Of a stretch of 64,000 nucleotides of DNA, positions 37,890 to 52,800 are shown piece by piece. The stretch's first letter is position 1; every line of letters begins with the position of its first letter. A program made the translations under genes and the position numbers. The notes beneath the pieces were generated by a model that was given only the letters and a program-made list of their open reading frames with translations, searched no databases and was not told the DNA's origin. This DNA is from Takakia lepidozioides (lineage: Eukaryota; Plantae; Bryophyta), in NCBI GenBank assembly GCA_030704615.1, contig CM060731.1, forward strand, positions 17,174,001 through 17,238,000, in the 5' to 3' direction.

Positions 37890-40800
37890 CTATAGGCCTA
37901 GCTCAGAGCCCACAAGTCGTAAAAGTATCTGCAGCAGTTCACACACACCTGACACCCTGCAAGCAAGGGAAAGCCAACACCCTCAGTTTCATACAAAGCG
38001 CTCTCATAGGGGACTAAGGATGTTCCATCCCCAAGCTTTATAGCTTTATGAAGGAGCTGTGCAATGAGCGGAAATCCCAAGAACAACTTCCTCGAGGAAT
38101 GGATTATTGGGGCTCTCAAGCTTCATCTATCCCCCTTTGGATGTCTGCTGTTGATGCAACCAAGGTCTAACAGCATCTTTTACTTGGCGAATTTTTCTGT
38201 CAAGCATGATAACAAAATGAGGCTGTCAGACCCACCTACTGGATGGGTAAGGTGGCCTGCTATACATGTTTATGCATCCACCTATTTGGATTTGGTTGAA
38301 CATGTGATGCTGATAAAGAGGTTTCTGGCCCGGTCATAACATGGGAGTTCAAACTTCCTCAGAGGCTGGCACCCTCATCAAAAACTGCGGAGCTAAGTTA
38401 CATTCACACAGCCTTTTTCTTTGAAGATTAGACATAGTGATTGAACCTTACCGAGACATGACTAGTTGACATAGACTTGTATATAGCAATAGCAAATGGG
38501 CACGTTGCCAGACTTGTTGGTCTGCTTTTGTGACGTCAAGTGTTGATGCTTCTGCACTTCGGAAGAGGGGAATGTTGAGAGCCTTGGCAGTCATAGGATG
38601 CAAGATAAGCTTTGCAAGTTGTTGCAACACGAACATCACCTCATCCATTCTCATCTGTGGTAATGGTGTTCCGCCTTCAACGACCACAAACCACACGTGA
38701 AAATTTTCTCAAGAGTATGGCAATTGCTATACACATTATTAGGCTTGCTGTTGAGCTAGTGCCACAAGGCTTTCAGTGAACCCTTTGAAAGAGACTGTTA
38801 AAAGGTAAGTGATGTCATGGTTTGATAGCTGATAAACATAACTGCTGATCAACGTAGCATAACTCGAAGGAGAAGATAGATGTACCACTCTCAATTTCAG
38901 CTTCAACAAACTGATGAAGTATGGCTTTGCACCGTCCGATTAGGAAATGTATTGCAGTTTGACTCACAATGAGTCTGGATGAGTCTGCTAGTACTCCAGG
39001 TTCACACCTGCAAAGCAAGTCCTCATGCAACAAGGCCAAAAGATGCTCAGCACATACGAACGGATTTATTACAGACAGATGTAGAAGACTTCCAGTACCA
39101 CTGACAAGCCCAGGACTGAATCTCCAGACGTCTAACTGATGGACTCACGAGGTTTGGACCTTTGTGTCATGGGAAGAACATTATATCACACATATCATAC
39201 CAACCTTCTTCCTATGAGGAGCGGAAGCCTCTTGTACCCTACAGGGGCTGGCTGACTGGAGCATATAGTAATGGAAGCAGGGGCAGCTGTGATGATGAGG
39301 ACCCTCACAGCCCTGCCCAAGCGTAGAAGGCTTGTGAACTTCTTTACACTTCCTTGTCACAGCCTCCAAGTGATGTCTCTCTAGTGTTTAAACTGAGAGC
39401 GGAGGAAAACCTTGAAGGAATTCCCATTTCATTTGGACAGGGTTCTTGTCATACATTATGCTTCCATAAGAAGCTTATGCTTCTTCTGCTTGATTTTGTC
39501 TTGAATGTGCCCGAAGCATGTGAGCCTTCAAATGCAAAACCAGTATCTTTGATGAAGCAATTGATAACAGCGAGCCAATCCTCTGATTGGTTCTAGATTG
39601 ACAACCAAGCACACACTGGCAAAAACTGTGAAGCTCTACCATTCAGTACAGATCATGACCACTATAATGTGCTGATTAGAATCACAACATAAGCTGGGAA
39701 CACAGCCAGTCCTGGGGACAATATGTCAGGAAAGAGACGATAGCTCACATCAGACATACTCCTTGGTGACCTTTACATCACTCAATAGGAACAAGCCTGA
39801 TGCAAGACATTATTTTTGGCTGAATCTTACCAAATTCATGTGTGTCAAATGCTGCACTGCACAAGAGAGGTATACCTTGATAGCTTGAACAACTTCTCGA
39901 GGCAAATCAATGAAAAGCGGCCACAGTGAGCAGGAAGAAGAGCAACACTTCCAAGAGGCAAAGCCGAAGTCCTTGCAGCACACTGATCAATCACACCTAC
40001 CAACCGGTGTACAACCTGTTGCAAAATATGCATTCCAAGAAATGTAAATCCGCCATTCAAATGCAGGTTTAAGCAATACAGGGGAGTTTCTACTTTCTCA
40101 CATAAGAAAAGACAACAGATATCAGTAACTGGTGGGCGGGAATCCTAAAATCATTTTGGTCAGAAGCCATTTTACAGAGACAAATTTTCAGAGGAGTTCA
40201 CCAATGCTCAGGGCTTCCGCATAAAGCTGTAGGCCTGTCAGACCTATAGGGACAGTAATAGTGTAATAAAAAACCCCCATGGTTGAGGAACAATCTCAAC
40301 ACTTCAGTTGCTGCCATGAGTCTTCCATACCATGTCGAATCAGAGCAAAAGGTTTTCATTTTCTTACTATACAGATTCAGAAGCTTCCCTATCTACTTCA
40401 TTGCTGGATAGGCTACCTTCCACCGTTGTATGTGTTGACCAGGCTAAATGAATCAATGTGAATAACTGCACCATTGGTCCAAATTTTTGGAACAAGACAT
40501 CAAGTCAAGGGGAAAGAATTTGGCGTCAATCACAAATATGCTCTCGTATTGCACTTGGGGTTGGAAGGTATTCTACCACTTTGTCAAAGAGTTATAGAAC
40601 ACAAGAACAGCCTTACTTTCTGAGAATCCACAAGGTTTCGTGACTTCATCTAGAACCTTCCTACCACCCTTTCTACCTTCCTCACTAGTTGACATGGGTC
40701 TTTACCAACAAAGCTATCCCAAGCACTGCGTGAGAAGCGAATCTCTCCAGAAACCCTCCATCTAGAGCGAGGGAACGCAAATAAGTCTTCACTGGCATAC

Positions 40801-43800
40801 AGTACATCTAAATACTATCCCATGTTGTCATGTGCATCAACTGAGACTTGACTTGAGGATTCTCAGGACTGAGTACTATTGTTATTCCATCCATACCCGG
40901 GTCTTCTACTCTGAACCATTCAGCAACAAGTAAACCCTGCAGCTACCATTTGGCAAGAAAGTCACACCTCCAAAGGAGCATCTTGGCATGAAGTAAGAAG
41001 CTCATCACATAGAAATCCCAGTACCCTGATTTCCAAGAGCTCATCATCCTCTAGAGTTTCTGGTGAAACCATCATACTAGCACGTCCACATGTGCCCCCA
41101 ACAAATTTCTCATAGACATCAGCCACCTCCTTCCAGAACCGTAATCTTGTAGGTGCAGTGGAGACTGAGCTATCTTTGCGACCAGGTTGCACAGTAGCAG
41201 GAGAATTGCATGCAATTGCTCTCTGAAGAGCAGAGATGAAGGCATTCAAAGCCGTCCTCCATAACATAGTGTTAGGGGCATCCCGCCGTGTTGCCATACA
41301 CCTGGTTGATCGAGTTTGCAACAATCGTATAAGGAACAAACAACCCCTCACCTGCTAAGCACATATGGTTGTTGGATAACTCATGACCTTTATTGGATGA
41401 TGGGTAGACCTTGAAGCTAACCTCTTTAATGAAAAATCTATGATGATGGTATTATGCAACTAATCCGTTCCACTTCCTAACCCTTCCTCAAACTAATAGG
41501 GATGTCATCATCAATAAAGTGATAAAGATGATGACAGATGCTCAGATCTACAAACGCTCTTCAGTCAACGGAAGTAACATGCCAGGCAGAGGATTCATAG
41601 AAGCAAACATTACTGTATTTGCCACCAAGCCTTCCCAACAACAGTCAACTAATCGACAAAAACCTCAATGCCAAGAAATCATCAAACAAGAGAAAAGCAG
41701 ATAACAAAGTCAGACCATTCTGTGCTCATGCAGGACAAAACTGACATACCTCTCACTATATGCTGGTCTAACCCCCTCCATCAGCATCAAAACATCTACT
41801 AAAATCTTATTATGCAAAAACCCTAGAGATCCCTTTGTGGAAAAAGTCTTTAATGGATCCCTTAAGTTTCACCGATTACCTCCCCAGTGCAGCAACAATA
41901 TCAGGCAAGACTGCAGCTCGTGTAGATGGAGGGGCTGACTCATTTAGTTCGAGCAATACGTTGACAATCTTCTCTGAGAATGTTGAGGACAAAGTCCTTG
42001 AGGTCACCAATGCAGTCTGGCTGATCTTGGCACTGCTGCTTGATGAAGACACAATGGCTTCATCTTTACCAGGGTTGTTCCAAATTGCTTGGAAAGGAGG
42101 GGACTCCTCTTGAGAGTGGGAGTTTTCTGTTACCTCAGCAGGAAGTAAAGCATGCCCATTCAGTTGCAAACCTGAGCCTTCTGCAGATGCCATAGGCTTA
42201 CAAAAGAAGGAACCTTCATTTCCTCCTACCTGATCCTTTGAATATTTCTGCTGGTCACATGCTAGGCTGTCCACATCGGGCAAATATGATATGACTTGAT
42301 GGAGAAAGATTGGCCACATAAGGTTGAGCTGGTCATCCATTGGCTTCAATGATGGCAAAACTGCCAGTACTGTCTGCTGGACATGTGAAACAACTCCCTG
42401 GAAGTCACAACCAAAGGCAACTGCTCAGGGGAAAATCAAGGCAGCTCTAGCAAGACAACATCCTGTTGTTTTGAGATTTATGCATAAAACAAGCAGAAAT
42501 GAACACCCTATCCATGCATCCAGATTTAACTTTCCAAGGCAAACGCAGACTGCAGTCCTACCTTACCTAGATGTGCTAGTGCACATAGCAAGCTCCAGAA
42601 CCACTGCAACCCCAATCAAAGGTGTGAGTGCTATACTTTTTACCAAGGCAGATCATACTACCTGCATAAATGCTGGGGTATCTCCTGGAGTGACAGGAAG
42701 CCATACAAGCATGTCCACGAGTGCGAGTAGCCGGAGGTAGCTACTTGCCACAAACATGGAATGTGTGTTGAGATAAAGTTCTCCTGTGTACAGCCGACAA
42801 GAAGATGGCCTGATTAGACGAACCACTAAACCAATGTGCACTTTTCAAACTTATAACCCCCCATCAAAATGACAACCATGCACGACTTCTCCACAATCAT
42901 CTTGCACCAACGTAGGTAAATGTTCAGTTTTTTGTCAGAACTATTGTTTATTCCAATTCTAAAGCTATCTCATGGCACCTACACCCCTTGTTCAGATGAT
43001 GGCCTCATCCACGCAACTGCCTTGCATCAAAAAAAAATTTACAGGCAGGAAAACATCTGCGCTAGCCAACTTTAAGTTCTTGTGAATTTGGGAAATAAAG
43101 AGTTTTCTATGAAAAATTATTTGGTGTGCTTACGGTTTTATCAGTGTCCCCCTTATAAGTTGAACATAATATCAGGACAACACTACAGGAAAAGTACAGC
43201 TTTCAATGCTACAATCATTGATGGGACCTCAAAACCTTGAGTCCTATGACAGTAGCAGGAAAACAGTTCAGTTGGGAAGGCACAAAGCAAATCTACTTTG
43301 CGTGTTTGTTTGGATTACCCATGACTGGGGGACCATAATGAAATGATATTGGTTCATTTCTTCGAGTCACTACCCCCTCATGATGACTGAATCTTTTAAA
43401 AGAAATACAGGTTTGTCCCCTTCAGTAATCAGGGGAACTTCATATGTTGGAGATCATGGAAGTAACTTCATTCCACTAACATAAATCACCAGGCCACTTC
43501 AATCCAAGATTGACACGAGGGTTCACAAAGTCTTAAAATATGAGCTGAGGGAGCACATTCTTCAAACTGTCAAGAGCCCTAATGTAACCTGCAACCGCCA
43601 TGAAGGACGTACAACTAAATGGAATCTGACTGGAGAGAAGGCTCATATAGTTAATGAAACTTGTGAGGTGATACAGTGAGCAGAAAACCGAATGAGGGAT
43701 CCTCAAAGGGGATGAAACAATACCCAAGCTCTGTAAGAGTTCTTGCCGCACCTTTGTTGCCATCCTGCTCTCGGTATGTGCTGCACTCCGCACTATTAAC

Positions 43801-46800
43801 TCATATGTGGTGAAAGCAGTTTCAAAATAATAAGCTGGGAGATTACCCTGCCATAACAAATCCTCAAGTCAACTTTTGGAACATGAATGAAACAAAGTGA
43901 TTTTCCTGAAAATGCTGAAGACCAACCTCATTTCAGAGCTCCAAGTGTTTATGCTCTTCTTACCAGGCTATATCTATCAGAACTTGAGTTTTCGGTCGAT
44001 TTTTGGTTTCATATTTGGTCCCTTTGGGCTTCCAAGGAGTGTATTAAATTATGTTCTGCTTCTGTAAGGTTGGCCTGTACTAGAACAGGCAAAAGATAGG
44101 AGGAATCTTCTTAAAACTCCCAATCGTCCCAGCCGTCTCAGAAACCCTTCTGAATTCCTCTAGGAATTTATTAAGAAGATCACCTACTCTCAACATCGAA
44201 AGGGAAGGGTAATTTGCATTTGCTTTCACAATGATCACTGACTGTAGGGAATTCCTGCAGGCTCTGTGAGTGTATCTAGAGAGTTCCAAGCATTGGACAG
44301 CCAGATGCTTAGCTGGAAGCACCAGATATTGCAGTTTACATGTCAGGACTATCTTTCACAACATGACTCTTGGAAAGATCCTCCAGACATGACCTAACAT
44401 AGCGGCACACACTTCAAGAGCACATAAAACATGGGTATATGAGAGTATGAATTCTGGCCTTGGGGGCATGAGTTATGAGCAGAGTGTTCAGTGATGTGAT
44501 TGCTGCAAGTGAAACCTCCTTGCTGCCTTTGATCACGCTCTCTCCCACAAATGAGAGAAGAGAATCCCATCCTGCATCATGCCGTGGTGACCTATCCGTC
44601 CTAAGTGAAAACAGACCAGAAATGTATTCTGGGTAACTGACCATATAAAGTACTAGTAACTAACTACCACAAACGCTCTTTCAAGCTATTAAATGGTGGC
44701 TAGTTTTCTCTGGTAAGAGGGAATCAAACATGTGGATTTCAAGGGGTACCAAAAGGGTAAAGACACAGCCCTGAGGGACCTTTCCAATGATTAACAGATG
44801 GAAACCATATTACACCTTATTTGAATCAAGAAATTCCCTACATGTCCAATGACGAAATGTCATTCGGTTCCAAAATGGCACTTACCCTTAGTAAAGTTGT
44901 CCAATGCCTGAAAAACTTTGAAATAAGGTTTCAGAAGGCGACTTAGTCCATTCAGTACTAAGACCAAAGTTTCGTCCCACTGCTTCTGAGCTGTATTCCG
45001 GCTGGTAGTCATGGCCATAGGAAAAGATTGTGCCAGCAAACAGATCCACAATTAGATGAAAAGGCAAAGAGTAACTTAACATAACTTCTCACTACACATC
45101 CAGAGCCTAAAATACATTTTGGATATCATTGATTATGTACCCTTGTACCCGTGCTGCATCCGGTGCCTGCCAATCTACAGAAACCCAGGGCTTCCAGGCT
45201 AGAGGTCAACAGTCTGATCTATCATATATCTGTGTCCGACATCATGCCAGCAATAGAAGAAAGACCATTCTGTAAATAGTACAAGGTATAAAAGCGCAGA
45301 GGCCTTTAGTCATGAGGGTTCAGGACGCTTTGTAGCTTACCTGCATGAGAACTCCTTGTTTGTACAACCTCTGGGGTATCAACTGGGTTGTTCTATTGTA
45401 CCGGACCCTCCCATTGAAGTAATAAATACATTCTCTTCACCCACAACAACTACACATGCCGGAAACTTTTGTTTGTCCAATTGATGAATCCTATGGCTGT
45501 ACATGGTAAATTCTTCAACAGCATCGCTTAAGAAAGCAATGCATTCGGGCGCCAGTTGTACCCCAAATTTCCACTGCACACACAACTGTCCTTCTACAGC
45601 ACTGATGGTGATAGACTGTAAACAAGCATAGACTTACATACCTATGATGAACAAGCATGTGAACAGGCTTGCCCCCTTCAATTCCAAGCTCCTTCCCATG
45701 CCACTCATCCTTTGAGGAGGTTGCAGCCTGTGCAAAAAACATAATAGTCCACAGCATGGGTGAATGAATGAAACACCATGCCCTTATGAGACCACAGGGG
45801 AGGAATTTGACATATTGATAATTGATTGATATTGTGCCCTTACCAAGTGCTGTACGGTATCCACCAGAGGAAACACGAGGTTCCATAGGCACTCCTCCCA
45901 CATAGCTTTCGAGAACTTATGTCCATGGCTGCTGAGAGACTGGAAGAAGGTACGAATAGCAGAATGTCGAACCTGGAGCGAACAAGACATCATCAGCATT
46001 ACCCTACAGATCACTTTCCTAGTTGAATACAAAATCCAAAGTGGCTGGAGCTTTCTAATTTTCCTCAAAGCAAAATCGGTGCTTGATAGCTCATGTTTTA
46101 ATCTCCTGTTTGGCTCCCCATGATGAGTACAATACAGCTGGAAGTTTCCTTGCTAGCTATGGTTGTAAGGCTTCTTTAATCTCCCAAGGTTCCTTAGTTG
46201 TTGGTTGAGTAAGCTTTGTAGTAGAACTGACCTTCCCAGGTTCACAAATGTCAGTCTTTGGCTCAGCAGCCATCTCTTGTTTAGCAGGAAAAATGCAGGT
46301 GTCAAGTGGCTTCTGCCTCTTCTTCCCTTCCTAATGAGGTTTCTTTCTACCACTCTCTCACCTGGTTTATATCAAGGTAAGTCCCACTATGGGCCCCTCA
46401 CAGAGGTAGTGTGTGTTCCCTCTTGCTCTGCCCAAACTGTGCATGAGGTACATGGTCACAAGGCTATGGCAAACAACGTCATGATACATTCTCTCACCTG
46501 GCTTTTGTTTGTCTCCGCATGCAGGCCAAGGGTACATTTTGGCTTGCCTTGATGAAGGTTTTCATTTTACAAACTCTGAGTGGGAAAATACCCATTCATT
46601 GTACCAAAAGAAAAAGGAAAAAAGAGAAAACAAACAAATGGGGTTTGTTCTGGGGTGTTTAACCTTATCCTCCAAGTAAATTAGCTATTAACATAAAAGA
46701 AGGAAACCATTTCTTAGCTGCAATTGACACCATAATGTCACTGCAGAACAACTCCATACATTCCAGGTATAGGCAGATTGTGCTCTACCTCTGGCCTCTC

Positions 46801-49800
46801 GTCTGTTCCCAGACCTTGAATAACACCATAGACAGCCAAAAGCAGAGCCTCGTAGTCCATGTCAGGCCTCTGGTTTGATGAAGCTGGAGCATTCTCATCT
46901 TCCACTTCACTGGCAATCTCCCCACCGCTTCTTCTTTCATCTATACCTGTAGTACTTAGCTGTTTGCTGTACAAGTCTATAGGACTCAGACGTGGACCTG
47001 CAACCCAACCCACCATAGAGAGTTCACTGTCACTGAGGAGCTCAGTCTCTTTTGCAATTCGAAGAAGTCCACGATAAGAAGAATTTGGAGCTGTTGGACC
47101 ACTTTGAGTGTTAAGCATAACTGCCAACCTTCAGCATAAAAGCATGCTGGTAGGACGTCCTTATAGGGCCTCCACGTGTGTTGAATAAAGTCGCATAGAG
47201 GATCAAAACACAAGAATGCTTCAAACCATAGCAGCCTCAATGATGAGAAGGCTCAATGAGCCAAACACTGTGCTTACTCCTGGATCAGGGCTTGTCCCTC
47301 TAAACAGCTGCAATAGGAAGAAAAAGGAAGCAATTTCTTGCATCTGCAGCAGGCCTATTGGACCAAAAGGATGACTGTTTGCCAGAAAATCAGTACATTA
47401 CATACATCACAAAAAACTACACAAGCCCTTGATGTCATATACAGGGACAAAGCAGAAACACATACTGATCCCTGGAGTCTTGCAGCTATTGAAACCTCTT
47501 GCGAAAAAATCAGCTGTAGTCCACAGAGACCCTATGGCTGTCAAGCTGATATTTACATCAGTTCTCTGTGCGCCATATGCTCCTGCCACTTCTATACACC
47601 TGCAACACATTGCTATATATAAGGAGGATTTCAAGAAAGTGCAGATCAGAAGCAGGTGGAAGGATGGTTCTTTACTTCAGCTTTCCATTGGCAGCATAGT
47701 CTAGGATTGCACGCCAGGCTTTCAAATGTACACCTACCCACTCAAGATGTAATGCTTACTGGCAAGCCTGGGGCAAAAAAATGTTCCCAGCTATAGTCTA
47801 TCTAGCAGTCTCTTGGGAAAGAAAACGTAGATCGGTGGGGTGCCAGAAAAACAGAAAGTGTCCATCTTCAACAGAGAATGGGATGATGTACACAAACTTA
47901 CGTTTCTAAAGAATGTGCAGGTATTGAAAGGAGTCCATCATTCATGATGACACGAACATTCTGTAGTCATCACCAACAAATATTAGCTATGCAATTGGTG
48001 GCAACAAAGAGGTATTTATCTATTTTATAAAGCTATACAGAACGCATCACAGGGAACATAGAGCACCAAAAGATAATTAGCTTACAGCACTGAAGTTACT
48101 AATCACAGAGCTGATCTACTACAGCATATATATTAGTGCCTAAAACTGGGCCTGAACCCTATTCTTGAGGTCTGCGGCTCAGTCATGAAAGAAGTTGTGG
48201 CAGCTCAAGACAAGAAGCGGGCCTGTCCCAGCGACTAAAGACTGAAATTGAAGCCTTGCAGCTGAATTATGACAGGTACAGAGACCTGGTTTACAGATGC
48301 CATCACTGTCTGTGGTCACTTTCAACTTCATCATGTTCGAAATATATTCTCACCTGGAATCCCAACGGAACCAGATCTCTCTCTGAAGCATTGGCAACTA
48401 ACCTGCCAGACGAATAAGGCAGTCAGCGATAGAGTTAAACAGTGGACAAACAGCAGCCTGGTTCTATGTTAATGACAATCAAGGCCAACATAAAACAGTT
48501 TAGTGCAGAAGGTTTCTGAAAGATGGTAAAGCATGAGCTGGGTGGTACAACTACAACAAGGTAGTACTAACAGACTGCCCACCATGCTCTACTAACAGTC
48601 AAGGCCCTCCAAGATAGTGCAACTATGAGTGAACATCCATTTCAAGCCATTGCAGATTTCCATTGAACTGCGGAGAAAGGAAAGTACATGCCTGTCTAGA
48701 AAATTGTCTTTACCTTAGCAACTCCAAAATGCTTGGCCAACTGTGATATAATTTCTCCCCATGCCTCTGTGCCACACACATAACCAAAAATGATGAAAGC
48801 AGACCACGTACTATCCATCTCAAGAGAGAGATAAATCACATTGCCCTCACGTCACACTCCTATCCCACAACTAAGCAAAGGCTACCCACAAGTACTGGCC
48901 AACACCAATGTCTGTGGTAGATATTTGTGGCCAATACAACCTGGAATGTTAAGGATCAAGACATGAATCCCAACCATGATTCTAGACTGCAACAATTGGA
49001 GAAGGACTCTGTTAGATAGTGCTCCGTCTCTTTCAAATCTGTGTGAACTTTAAGATGAGTTGAACTTGTTCTAAACAGTTTGTGCCAATACTAGTGGTAT
49101 CATTCATACAAATACAAAGTGAACAACTCTGCTACATAGTCTAGACCATGCAGTGGCTGGTGCCTACTCTCCTAAACTGTCCAGAATGCAAATCCCTCAA
49201 ACCTCTGATTGTCCTGTACTCTTGGCGGTCGCGCGCCCGCAAAGCCGAGATACAATGCATGACAATAGCCTGATAGGACACCCTCGAGGAGACTTTCTAA
49301 AGATAGGCCTTGCCGATGTTCTTCAAAGGTAACTACTGGCACTACCACAGGAAATCGGAATTGCCACAGTAGAACATATACAGAACATGTATTGAGGCTG
49401 CATGATAAAGTCATATCACTCAATATCCGGTCCAACAACAAACAAGTGGGAAAAACATTAAACGATTTACCTCCAGTACACGCAGTAAAAGTCTTAAAGC
49501 ACCAGATCGCACATCTGTGGTTTGGCCATAGTTATAGAGAGTGCCGATAGGCAATATCAATGCACATTCAAAGGAAATACTCTGAAAAAACTGCTGCTTG
49601 TTGCTGCAGCTTGCTGCCCCGGTTGTCTCAAATTCCTCCTCCACTCTTGAGACGTCAGCAACTGAGTCACTTCCATGAAATTCTGCATGGACTACCATTT
49701 CCCCAACTCTAGCAGCATCTTGTTGGAACTTCACACATCCCAAGACACCACAAATTGCTCGATCCAAGGCATCAAGAGCGACAGCACGCACCAGTTGGCT

Positions 49801-52800
49801 GTCATGTTCTGCCAGCTGTAGTAGGACAAACATTGCAGTTGTCAGATGATTTGCACAAGCATGAAGTCTATATCACTATGTTTGTTACTGGCTCCCTTAT
49901 TGACTGCTAGTAACATGCGCACAGACAAGTTAATCTTTCTGAACCCAGTCCCGTCCTTTTGGAAGTCATCTGAGTCATGGTCAAAACAGACATACAATTA
50001 GTATTCAACAAGGGACAATGTAATGTGGAGTTGAAATTGACTCATACAAATTACAGAAATGAAATGAAACGGTACTTTATAGTTACAGAAAGAAAGGTGT
50101 GCAGATAGGTCTTCAAGTAGTTTTCTTTACCTCCAGAAGATGAGCTGTTACTTGATCCCATACAAGCTCCGCACCTAAGAACCAAGGAATAAATTATATA
50201 ACAAGTCTGGTGGGCTGCTAGGTGATCTCACTAAAGGGAATTTACATGGAGGTGGATTTGGGATCTATGCATGCCACAAATATACTATGGTGAAGCTCGA
50301 TAGCATGTACACAAGCAGTTGGAAGTAGGAAAATGCTCAATTGACCACCATAACTCCAAAAAGACAAAATGCCAGCTCTTTCTCCCTTTCCTCAGAAAAA
50401 GAATGAATTCTCTCTGATAAATGCACCATGCAACACAAATAGGTCAAAGATAGTGATAGCTCACACCAATGCAAATGCACCTTCAATGGACTGACTTCCT
50501 GCAGACTAATAGTATATAATATGAATGAACACCTCTAGGCTGGGCTACCTCTGCAGCAATCACAGTTCCACTTTGCCAATGTCATAGGTGATATTAGTGC
50601 ATGTGAATACATCCTAACTGTTTCTGATCAGCAAACTTGAATTCCTATGCGGATGGTGATGTCATTCCTATCCACACCTGGAACAAAACACAGGTGAAGA
50701 ATGAATGCAGCAATTACTACTTCTGGTGATTGTCTGGATGTGAGTAAGTGGTATCTTGCCTCCCAATAGCAAGGGCAAGAGCTGGCTGTCAGAAATTGTC
50801 CAAGCTATCTGAACCCTGCTGAAAGGGCACAAGCAGGGTTAAACAAGCTTGTCTAAGGTCGAACATGGCCTCGTCACACTAATTGAATGCCACAGGATTG
50901 TCGACAACGTGCGCAAATGACAACCAGCAAGTGATCCCCTCTATCTACCACTCTATATCTCAACCGGCAGATTGATGCTCGTGTGAAGGGATTTCTTGAG
51001 GAAGCCCAAATCAATTGTTCAGACCATACCAAGTCCCCCTCCTGGAGTGAGCCCCTCACAAAGGTAGTGTCTGTTCCCTCTTGTTCCACCCAAACTGGGC
51101 GCGGAGTCTATGGCCACAAGGCTATGGCAAACAATGTCTCATTTTTTACGTCACCTGCTCAGGGGTAATGTCCCAATTTCTGAAAAACATTTTAGACCAG
51201 GCATAGGAAGCTTACGGTGTAAATTCACCATGAGTGTCATGAGCATGCGCTCAACAGCAAACACCCTGGGAAGCATTTGGCCGGCCATGTTATTTGCCAG
51301 AGAAGTGCCACCACTGGCGAAAGATGGACCCAAGCCACTCGCAGCCCCATACACCACCTGGTTGGAGACTTGACGAAGTGCAGTCAAAAAACAAGTTACT
51401 GCTGAAGTAGTCATCTTTGCCGAGCTTACAAACAACTAGGAGTGGGTGTTGATTCCGCCAAGCCATTTGTAATGTTCCCGATGAAGGACGACCACACAAG
51501 GAAAATGTCAGCATACACTTCACTGGAATACAGAGCTTAACATTCCCAATAGTTAGAGCCACAGACATGGAAAGCATGAGGATTTCAGACGATTCAAGAA
51601 AGGCCCATACATTGACCCTTGTACAGGCGGCTGTAGTGAAACCTCAGGAAAGCGTAGGAGAGACTTACGAGCCAATGAGCTAGTTTTCTTTGAATGGAAG
51701 AAAATTAGAGAAAACAAAATAGGTCTTCACATTAGTACGCACAAAGAGTTTCCTAGGTTTTCACAGAGGCTAAAATGGATGAGAGGGCCCTAAAAGACTA
51801 GTACAAAGCTTAACCATACCAATCAGAGCATTAACACTAAGAGTCATTCAGCTAAACAGGAGATGCAAAGGAGGACTCTCAAACAACCTACCTGAGCGTC
51901 AAGCATTGCAAGGATACTGAGATCACTTGATTGACTGCCTGCATCACTCCTACGTAAAACACTCCCTGGAACTTCCTGCAATGATGGATGATGAGATAGT
52001 TCAACAGGTTTAGCACACAAGCCAGACGATGTCTCTCTTGGTATTATGCCTGGAAACATCCTCAAGAAGCAGGTCTCTTCTAAGGTCGGATCATCACTCA
52101 CAGGGTTTTCATTTTCTAACACCTTCTGAATTCAGGCACACTGGTAATATTCCACTTCTTGTCGCACAAATCCGATGTCTCCGCAATCTTATCTCCAAGA
52201 AATAAGATTGATGAAATACATCCAAATGAGGCAGGGGATGGTTCTCCACAAGAGGAATGAGCACAACTTCTTCCCTTTCGAACTAGACCACATGAAAGAA
52301 CCACAGCTTTGTGCAAGTCCTGGATAACGTTTCTAAATTCGTGCAAACCGACGATCATTAGTACGTTCCAGAGGTGCATTCACGAAGTGCATAAGGGACT
52401 GACAGATACTTCCAAAGGAGATCTCTTAAGTCCAAAAAATTACAAAGGTGTAAGATCAGCTTTGACACAACACCTGAGTTGCAGCATAAGGTGAGTGAAT
52501 GACATGATCCAGCACTTCCAGTGTCTCTAGTACCTGCTCAACAAGTTCAATATCTATGAGGGTGCATCAGACTGAACATCAGAGTTGCATCCTTCAAACC
52601 TGACAACCTTCAAACATCTGCCACTACGAAAAAATCTGGAGTAACACTTTGCATTCGAGCAATGTTTACTGTATGGTGAATCACAATACATACAAGAATG
52701 AAGCCCATGAATTCTAAGCACAACACAGCTTAGAACCCCTCTTTTCTCATCTACTAACAAAAGAATTTAGCTAATCCTAGAAAGCAGAGAAAAACACATG

